In this document: positions 39,582 through 49,502 of the stretch, in pieces
Layout of the letters: each line of letters begins with the position of its first letter
Numbering within the stretch: position 1 is the first letter of the stretch
NCBI GenBank assembly: GCA_009103225.1
Contig: RHPI01001616.1
Span: 671,096-735,095 of the forward strand
Length of the DNA: 64,000 nucleotides
Direction: 5' to 3'
From: Chlorokybus atmophyticus
Lineage: Eukaryota > Plantae > Mesostigma and Chlorokybus algae
Translations under genes and position numbers: made by a program
Notes under the pieces: generated by a model
Told to the model about the DNA's origin: nothing
What the model saw: only the letters and a program-made list of their open reading frames with translations
The model's database searches: none

Positions 39582-42500
39582 GCAACGAATTTTCCAACCG
39601 CCACCCTACTCCTGCAACACAGTGTGTGATGGTCCAGGCGTACCTGCAGCTGCAGGCCCTGGACATGCACATGCCAATTTTGACCTCCAACCCAGCCACC
39701 TACCCACAACAGCTTAGTGCAGTGCAGCTCAGAGGTCTTGTAGGGGTTTGCAACTGCCATGTCGTGCTCATATCAAGCAGCGCCATGTGTAGCAACTACG
39801 CAGCGCAACATATAGTGCCCATGTTCTGGAATGTTATTCTGCACTATGCTGCTGTTCCACAGACATGTTGTGCATTGCTTCCCTTGTAGATTGTCCGACC
39901 ACCGTGGCACTGGTCACCGTGTTGAATAGTGCAGACGTTGAGCTTTGTTTGACGATATGCGGTTCAGCGTGCTTGCAAGCCATTGCATATACATGCAGCC
40001 ACCAGTGCTTTGCCCACCCGGCAACGCAAACGCAAACGCAAACGCCATACTTAACAATGTACGTAGCTTGCGCTTGATGTCCTCGCACTTGAGTGCAAGC
40101 CTGTCTGCGGGTGGTCAAGAGTGGAGGCACGCTCCCATCATCCAGCTGCAGACACATTACACCTTGGCTGCGGTCTTGAGCACCAAGTGCACTGTAGTGT
40201 GACAGCTATACCACACCATCTGGTGTTTACATCTGCAGATCGTCAACAGATTTGCCTCATGCTTTGCGAGGAGAGGGTGTGCAGGCCAGCATGATCATGA
40301 TTTGGAGGGACAGAGTGTGCGTGCACTGAAATAATTCTTCCCTTTTCAGACGCTTGGGCGCCAATCCTTGCCGCCTTGAAGTCAGTCGTGCAACATTCGA
40401 ACTGTAGCGCATTGTGGGTGTCACACATCTGCAAGAGCAGCTCCAAATCGGACATCAGAGTCTCACCTTGACAACTGGACATTGCTCAAGGTAACTATGT
40501 AGTGCTGAAAGCTTTTTGCGCTGAACTACACTTCGGCGTTAGCGTGCTTGCGCAAACTTCTTAAAAATTGTGTCTAAGTGGGGAGGAACAGTAACTCGAA
40601 CGAAGTCGTCATGTGCGTGCATACAAGAAACCATAGTTGGTGCTAGGCTACCAGTAGGTGCTTGTGTCTGCTCAAGAGGTACCCAAACACCTGGAATTGA
40701 GGACTCAGAAACAGGGGTCTGACGGACTTAAACACAGGACTGCTGTGTTTTGGACTTGTTGATAATTCCTGCGCCTGCCACAAAGACCATCTATATGAGC
40801 TTTCAGGTAATGGAGCTGACTATGTGGCTTTGCAGTGTTGGGGGAGTTGACGACAGCAGCACAGATGAGCGTGTTAACCTTCACGCCGCATCTCATGTCC
40901 ATGCGCAGCTGCAATAACTGGTCGAAAAACACCAATTGCGTCTCTAGCGACGGGGTGCTGAATACCGTCCACAATTGTTGCGCAACCGCATGCGGAAGTG
41001 TAACATGTGATGCTTTTTACGAGTCAGCACAACACACATGCGCGCGCATGCGCGGCCTACGTTTATGGCATGATATGTGACTTACGAAGAGTCAGAATCC
41101 ATTACACATGATGGATCAATGGTGACATGATGCATGACGCAGCAGCTGCAAACATAGGCTTGGAGCGGACACAAAGGCAGCTGCACGTGCACGCATACGG
41201 ACACGCATACAAATGCAGCTATGCACACGCGCATGCGCCCCAGCCCACAGCTGCCAAGCGCATTGAAACAGGCCCCACCATCTGCCAGTCCTTGAAGGTA
41301 CTGCTTTCAACAAGCCTAATACCTGGTAGGCACAGCACGCCATATAAACATGCACGTGTGAGCACACCTTTGCTGCTCGGGAGAGCGGTCGCGCATGCAG
41401 GCCTGAGCTTGCTGACTGTACAGGGCATTAAGTTGCGCAGCGAACTTGCGCTCACTGAACAGCTTGTCCACCTTACCACCTGCCAAACAAGCTTGCGGTT
41501 GCTTTGTTAAACATATCAGCATAATGGGGACCGCACGAGTGCTGCAGCAGCATCTTATACAGAAAAGTTAGTGTCCATGACAAAGGGGGGGGGGGGGGGG
41601 GGGGNATGTTGTCCACTAGACGCTTCTCTTTGAAGCCCAAGTTCTTGCCACGAGCCTGATCTCAGTAGGCATACTGGCCCAAGTTGTGCGTGCACTTGAG
41701 GATGCGTCCGTGCATGGCCATGATGACGTCACCAGCATCAACCGGGGCGGCGTTCAACAGAGGTGGCGCCTCATCTGTGTCATCACCGATGCCCTTCGCA
41801 CGGTGCAGACGTGGAATCTTGGGCAGATGTCCCTCAGCATCAGTCACAAAGTGAGTGGCATTGGGAGCAGCACCCAAAACCCATGTGAGCGTGGACTCAA
41901 CAGCCAGACGCATGGCAAAATTACCCTGGGGAGGATGCGACAGACTGACGCTGTAACGGAGTGCTACCGCTATGCGGTTCCCCGCCCTTATCTAATGATA
42001 AATAAGGGTTCCAACAGGATAAACACAGCCCTTAGAGTCGTATGAACACCATTATCGGCCCTAATAAGGTGTTATGTCACACCGATATCGACTTGAGACA
42101 TGAGTCTCAAGTCGATATCGGCCGCATGGCGGTGCTGCTAACGCAGCGACCTCTTTCGATCCCCTGGCTGCCAGCGGCGGCGGCGGCGACGTGGCTGTGG
42201 TTGGTGGTGTTGGGGTAGGGGATTGAAGGGGGCGGTAGCACCCCCCTCCTTACATTTGGTATCGGAGCGAGGGCGGGGGGGCGGGGGGGGGCGGCGACGA
42301 CTTTTGCGGCGGCGAGGCGCAGAGGCGGCAGTCGGCACTGAGCAGTGCCGACTGCCATCTCGTCAGGCCGGCGGCCTAATAGCGGCGGCAGCTAGCAGCC
42401 GCTACCCACTAGGGTGGGTAGTGGTAGTTGTTAGCTAGTTGTTGTTGTTGTATAATTGTATAGCTGTATAGTGCTGCTGTTGGTGTTGCCTAGCCTAGCC

Positions 42501-43289
42501 TTGCCTTGCCTTGCCTTGCCTTCCTGCTTAGCCTAGCCTAGCTTGCATGGCCTAGCTATAGTTGTATAGTGCTGCTGTTGGTGTAGCCTAGCCTAGCCTT
42601 GCCTTGCTTTGCCTTGCTTGCTTAGCCTAGCCTAGCTTGCATAGCCTAGCCTAGCTTGCATGGCCTAGCCTAGCTTGTTCGTGTGAAGGGGAGGCGGCCA
42701 CTCGGGCAGCCTGATCTCAAGTATTGCATCTCAGCACATCACTTGTAACCAAATCCCACTATTACTTGTCAGTGTGCTCGTGGTTGGGGCTGCCACCACG
42801 TGGATTCGTGGTGGTGTAAGGGGGGGTTNGGGGGGTTTACACTTCTCCCACCCCAAGAAAGCAATCAAATGCCTACTTGGGCTGTTTTGGCCGCCATTCA
42901 GTGCGGTAGGGCCGCCAGATTCATTCTGGGCGGTCGATACCAAACCCTCAACTCGCAACTTGTTAATATCGGCCTGTAGGGTAATTCAACGAGAGTTTGG
43001 CACCTTTTGTGTCATATACAATTGTGAGTTAAGCAGGGTTGTACAAAGTGAAATTTTTGAGTTGTTGTAGCTTGTAAACCATTGCGTGGATTCGCGTGCG
43101 GTTTGTTTACGGGCGAGTGTCTTGTTCAGAGGTGTTGGACAGTTATTTTACGTGCTGTTTAACCCAAGTATAGCACCTTGAAATCAATGAGAAAGCAACA
43201 ACAAACTGTGACACTTTCACAGTGCACAACTCATGTGCTTGTGCACTCGTGCACTTGCAAACTTATTGACGGCTTGTCTCCTTGGGCAG

Positions 43290-44728
43290 ATGTCTCACCA
43301 AGGAGAGGAAAGAGGGATGTATCCCGTTCCTGAGGCTTCATCCTATGAGCCATCAAGTGATGAGGAAGTGAAGCACTCAAAAACGAGTGGTGGTTACAGT
43401 GTCAGTGAGGAGGAAGAAGCCAAGTCCAAGAGTGGTGAAGCTTCTTCAAAGAAGTCCTCTTATGACGACTAACCTATGGACGCTCGGAGCATCATCGGGG
43501 CGGCCATACCGAAGTACGCATCAGAGCGTGAAGCTCTTCTTGCTGCACACCCCCAGCTTCGCAAAGAAGTGTGGGATGAGTGGGCGCAAGTCTGTAATGC
43601 ATATGAGACGGACTTCGCGGCACTCCCGCGCGCAAGCAAACAGATGGTGATTGGCATGATTGAGCACGAGTTGACGCGTAATGTACCGCAACTCATGCGC
43701 ACAGATACACAAGTGGCCACTCTTATGGCTACTTATGACAAACCAGGCCCGTAGCCAGGCCAGAGGATGGCGTTGAGGCTCTCACCTTATTGACGATGGA
43801 AACTCTGAAGCGTTGCAAGGACCTTTTCTGGTAAATACGGCCTGAGCTGGAGGAGAAATTAGCTCGAGAAGAGCGCTTGACTGCATGCCTCGATGTTATG
43901 CAGTCCGAGTTGGTGGCATTACGCCAGCAGGTGGCCGGGGCTACCACAACTGTAGCAGGGACATCAGCTGGCCTACCCGTCACAGCGCTGAACAAGCCCG
44001 AGAAGTTCAAGCCCGATGGGGCTGTCAACATTCATGATTGGGTGGTAAATGTAAAGCGCTACTTGGCTGCACTTCAGCGACCAGGTAGTGAGCATACATC
44101 TGTTGCTAAGTTGCTCATGCCACCTAACGCTTTGGCCGGGTGGGCACGTCAAATAAAAGATGGTGCTTCCAAGACTGTGGAGGCATTGTTTCAGTTTTTG
44201 GTCGAGCGCTATGGTGGCATGGACCCGGCTACTGCTCGCAACAAGCTTACCAAGCTGCGACAGAATGGTCGGGCGGCTTCAGTGTACTTGCAGGAGTTTC
44301 AGGCACTTGTTGGCCGGGTTAACAGTGGGCTCATGCCCATGGACAAGGCTGAGCAGTTTGACCTGTACAAGCGCGGCTTGGATGCGCGCTTGCGCGACCA
44401 GTTGCAGTACAACACGTCAACAGGGCAACCGTGGGTTCCCGCGGACCTCGCAACCTTGCAGAGGTTGAGTGTGTATCTGTTCAACGACGATGCTGCGGCT
44501 GTGCTGGACAAGTCACAGGTTGTGGCTTTCGTCAAGCCACATGGGGGAGGGGGGAAGCGGTTCCCTCCACCAAGTGCGCATGCGGCGAAAAAGGCCAAAA
44601 CCTCATACGCACCTGCGAGTGGTGCTACGCCTATTGCAGCACGCGCCTACTACGTGTGCCAGCAGCCAGGTCACATTGCAAAGAACTGCCCAACCAAGGG
44701 AAAGGGCAAGGCCAAGAAGGTTGAATAG
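43290..44728 (+). pseudogene. gag: gag of element 2 with long N-terminal extension
   Basis: ATG at 43290; Ser/Glu-rich start; stops and a frameshift near 43750; KPEKF..HDW; knuckle YVCQQPGHIAKNC with the first Cys mutated. Confidence 0.75.
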
Positions 44729-44864
44729 GAGTACATCGTGACTGATGTACCTTCATTTAGTGGCCAATTGCTAGTGTTACATACAGCAAACCGATGATGA
44801 ATTGTCTCGTGTACATGTAATGACACATGCATGGTAAGCATGCTATGCATGTGCACATAATAAG

Positions 44865-47800
44865 TTGCCACTTTTTGATAGTGAAAAAGTGGATGACCAG
44901 GCTTGTGTGCTAGTGCATGTAGAATATAACATGCTAACGGAAGTTTTGCGCACATTGTGTGAGTTACAAAATAAACACACGACACTCAGTGTGGTTGTCA
45001 TGGTGCCCAAGTATGGACCATGGCTAAAGCATACTCCGGGGGGGACTGTGTTGAAACAATTCACAAAGTGTGAGACGGGGACAGTGCGGTTGTCAGCGGT
45101 ATTGATCAACCCACGCATCAATCACGGAATCTTGGCTACCTTTCAAGGGCGAGTAGTACATTTATTGTGAACCTTCACAGGCACGGCACAGAGTATTACT
45201 AGCTCGTTCTTGGTTGACACCGGGGCAACGCATAACTTCGTCGAAGAAAAATGGGTTATGCGCAAAAAGATAGCGTGTAAACCCTCAGCCTGCTCAGCTG
45301 CTGAGGGTACGTTATCGGTAAAAGGTGAAATCAAGTTGAAAGTCGAGATTGGTAGTTATCAAGCTAATTTAACTTTCATTGTAGTACCCATTGACATAGT
45401 TGGTGTTGATGTGGTATTTGGCCAGGAATAGCAGAATCAAGTGTCTATGACAATAGATACTGCTGCACGACTGTGCACAGTAAATAAGGGGCGTAAGCGC
45501 ATCACTTTGTCCGTGCAGGGGTCGCATAGCTTGGAATACGGCAAGCAAACGGACCCTGCATTATATACGGCGCTTCAAGTGAGGTGTGCGTTACGTAGAA
45601 CACACCTGCTTTTCTAATGCACTTGACGTCGAGTGATGATGTAGTGCCTAGCAATATAGAAGGTGTGGCGGACATCTTTGAGAAATTTCAGGATGTATGC
45701 TCAGATGAGTTGCCGGGCTTGCCCCCTGATGGAGGTGTCGGACACACAATACCTTTAATTCCTGATAAAGAGCCTCCATTTCGGCCTATATGTAAGTTGA
45801 GCCCTCGTGAGAGGGGAAAAATGGAAACGCAGATCAAAGAGTTATTGAAAAGGGATTGATTGAGCCAAGTTTTTCACCCTTTGGCGCACCCATATTGTTT
45901 GTTATGAAAAAATGGGAAGTTGCGCATGTGTGTGGATTACCGTGCTCTACAAGATCACGATACATAACAGATACCCGTTGCCAAGGATTGATGATGTGTT
46001 TGACAAGATGTCAGGGAATGCGTATTTTAGGACGCTAAACTTGACAAGCGGCTATAATCAAATCCGTTTTCACCCTTCGGATGTCTATAAGGCAGCATTT
46101 AGGACACCTACGGGCCATTATCGATACAAAGTGTTACCTTTTGGACTGACTAATGCACCCGCTGTGTATTAGAAGGAAATGAATACAATTTTCGGTGATA
46201 TGCTTGGTCAACATTTATGTTATGATATACTTGGATGACATCATTGTCTTTAGTAACACAAAGGGAAGAACATATGCAACCCTTGGAAGCGTGTTTGCAA
46301 GATTGCGCAAACATCGTTTGTTGGCAAATCTCACCAAGTGTGATTTTTGTAAAACGGAGTTGCCCTTGTTGGGTCACATTGTGAGTGGTGCGGGTATAAA
46401 ACCTGACCCTCCCAAAATGCAGATTGTAAAAGTGGCCCCAACCTCAGAATATCCATCAACAAAGGTCGTTTCTAGGGTTGGCAAACTACTTTCGCAAGTT
46501 CATGATGGGGTACTCGACAGTTGTCATGCCTTTGACAAAACTGTTGCGTAAAGATGCCCCGTTCACTTGGATAACAGCACAAGAAGCTGCTATGCAAAAG
46601 GTGAAGTTGGCTTTAACATCGGCGCCGGTGTTAGCACTGCCAAATTGGGACAAGCACTTCACAGTGGTTAGTGACGCATCAACACTTGGGTGTGGTGCGG
46701 TACTGTTGCAAGATGGTAGACCTTGTGCTTATGAGAGTAGGAAGTTCATTCCTACAGAGGTGAACTACATTATAACAGAGCAAGAACTATTGGGTATAGT
46801 TCAGGCTCTTGAGATATGGAGATGTTACTTAGAGGGTGTTTAGTTCGCTGTTGTGACTGATCACAACCCGTTGGTGTATTTCTCAACACAGCAAAACTTG
46901 TCGAGACGGCAAGCACGCTGGAATGAGTTTTTGTCCAGGTTCACCTTTGATTGGGTGTATCAGCCGGGCGAAACCAATGTGGCTGACCCTTTAAGTCGCT
47001 GCCCGCCATTACTGGCGGTGATGCGCGAGCAAATGCTCGCGACGCGCAGCACAATGTCTCTCGATGATGAGTTTGTGCAAGCTGTTGTACAGGGGTACAC
47101 TTTGGACCCGAGGTTTCCTAATGCAGACAACTTACAAAAGTTTGACAGACGTGACAATCCGTATTACATAAGCAACAGTTCCCCGACCATGCTGAACTTC
47201 GTGTAAGATGCATAGCGGATGTACACGATCCACCTTATGCTAGGCACTTGTGTAGTCGCAAGACCACTAAGACAGCGCAACAGTTGTATTGGTGTGTACC
47301 AAACCACTAGGCCACAAAAGCACGAAGTGTGTTTTGTGGCCATTGTGGCGTTATTATGTAGACTTCCGTGACATTCCTCCCACTTAGGTATCTAATGTCC
47401 TCATCAGATGTGAGTTTTTACAGGGCTTCTCGTCACTGAGCAGTGGAAGCGATCATTTGCAAGTATCACTGAGCAGTCGCAGCGCGCATAGCGCCCCTGA
47501 ATGACCGACTGTCAGTCGCCGTCAGGCGAGTCGCGCGGTACTACCCAGCGGCGGCTCCAGGTACGCGCGACGCGTCAGAATGTCCGACTGCCGACCGGCA
47601 AGTTGCGCATTGACGCGCGACCCATCATGAATCGATAACAACAACCTCATCCTTCTTGGTCTACCGCCGCCAAGCGGTTTCGACCTCAGGACCTTTTTGG
47701 TCTCAAGCTCCAATTACCAATATAACAATTGGGGCCCGACCACTAGGCTATGGTAGTAACAGACACTACCATGAGTGAGGTCTGTCACAATTTATCCCAA

Positions 47801-49502
47801 TTTGCGACAATGTAACAATTGGGGCCCGACCACTAGGCTATGGTAGTAAAAGACACTACCATGAGTGAGGTCTGTCACAATTTATCCCAATTTGTGACAT
47901 TCCTCCTCAACTTTATCCATGAGTTCCTCATAATCCAATGAGGCACTAGCCCACGTCGCCGTGTTCGCGACCGTACCATGATCGTCTGCCCGCGGCCTGT
48001 TGGATCCGGCCCACGAACGGTCCTGACCGACCGAACGGCCATCCTCACCGCGCGACCTGCCATCGCAGCACGACCGCTCACGCGGCCTTGGGTTGAACTG
48101 GCTCAGCCCGCAGGTCGTGATCCCACGCCCAGCCTAGGGTAAGCCGCCCCAAATGTTTTTGCCTTGAATCTGCCTCAGTCCCCTACGGGAATTGAACCTG
48201 AGACGTCAAGCTCCGATACCATTGTAACAAACCACTAGGCCACCAAAGCACAAAGTGTGTTTTGTGGCCATTGTGGCGTTATTATTTAGACTTCCGTGAC
48301 AGGTGGCCATCGTTGCGTGCTGATGTGAAGCAGTACGTGGACACGTGTGACAAATGTCAACATGACAAACCATTACGTCAAAAGCCCGCTGGGCTACTGC
48401 GGCCGTTACCAGTTCCTGACAGTAAGTGGGAAAGTGTGAGTATGGACTTTATCAGTGAGCTCCCTAAGACAGCGTTGGGTCATACTGCGGTTGCGATATT
48501 TGTGGATCGTTTGACTAAGATGGTTCACATAGTTCCTTGCAGTACGGAGATAGGCTCCCGTGATCTAGCGATGGTTTTTGTCGCGTCAGTGATTTAATTG
48601 CATGGCTTGCCTGGCAACATCGTCTCTGACCGTGATCCAAGGTTTGTGGCTCAGTTTTGAAAGTCGTTATGCAACTTCCTGCGATACAGCAGCACATGAG
48701 TACCGCTTATCATCCGCAAACTGATGGTCATACTGAACGCGCCTATAAAGTGATTGAGGAAACCATTCGGCATTATGTGAGTCCGAATCAGTTTAATTGG
48801 GATATTCATCTTTCGATGGCTGAGTTCGCGATTAACAATGCGTGGCAAGAGAGCGTGCAGGAAACTCCGTTTTTCTTACATTACGGAGTGCATCCACAAA
48901 ATCCTGAGAGTAATAAGTTGCCAGCTAACGACTTGACTCGCGTGCCTTCAGCGCGCGAGATGGCTGCGGCCATGCAAGACAGATCAGCATTGGCAAACAG
49001 CTGTCTGCGCGCAGCGCAAAACAGACAGAAAGCCCAAGCTGATAAGCTTCGCAGGTAGGCCGACTAAACGTGGGCAATTCGGTGCTTTTGAGCATTAAAA
49101 ACATATCTATTTAGGGAGTGGGTACCCGAATGTTTTCCCTCGCTGGATAGGCCCCTTCAAAGTGGTTGATCGGGTCGGCACTCACGCGTATCGTTTGGAG
49201 TTACCACATTCCATACGTATACATAATGTGGTTCATGTGAGTGTACTGACACCGTACCGTTTAGACGGTTGGGTTCAACCTCTTCCACCCTCCGTCGCAG
49301 TGGATGGCGATGATACTTTCAAGTACGACGTGGAAACATTCCAGAGTTACCGTAAGCCCCGACGCGGACGCGCGCTAACTTACTTGGTGAAGTGAAAAGG
49401 GTATGGTGTTGAACACAACACGTGGGAACCCGAAAGGAATCTTACCAATTGCCAAGAGATTCTTCGGGCGTACTGGCGTGATGCGTCCGCACGCGGACGG
49501 TA
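44865..49502 (+). pseudogene. pol: pol of element 2 (extra N-terminal domain, protease, RT, RNase H, integrase, chromodomain)
   Basis: FLVDTGATHNF; YPLPRIDD; YLDDIIVFS; SDASTLGCGAVL..TEQELL..TDHNPL; HDPPYARH..YWWP..CDKCQ; SMDFISELP; TAYHPQTDG; YLVK*KGY..NTWEP. Confidence 0.92.
47295..48301 (-). mobile_element. Non-coding composite TRIM-like element nested in the integrase
   Basis: 79-bp LTR-A copies at 48223-48301 and 47295-47373; PBS 48210-48221; internal 89-bp LTR-B pair at 47811-47899 and 47721-47809; second PBS-like site 47707-47719; PPTs at 47900-47908 and 47374-47385; 4-bp TSD GGTG, whose removal restores YWWPSLRADV. Confidence 0.9.

Noticed and set aside
47721-47899. CRISPR-like repeat pair
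   Set aside because: Two adjacent 89-bp copies with no spacers and no cas genes in a eukaryotic context; they carry LTR hallmarks (PPT, PBS).
48262-48597. Independent ORF MWPLWRYYLD..
   Set aside because: Chimeric: its start lies in the TRIM LTR and runs into the interrupted integrase.
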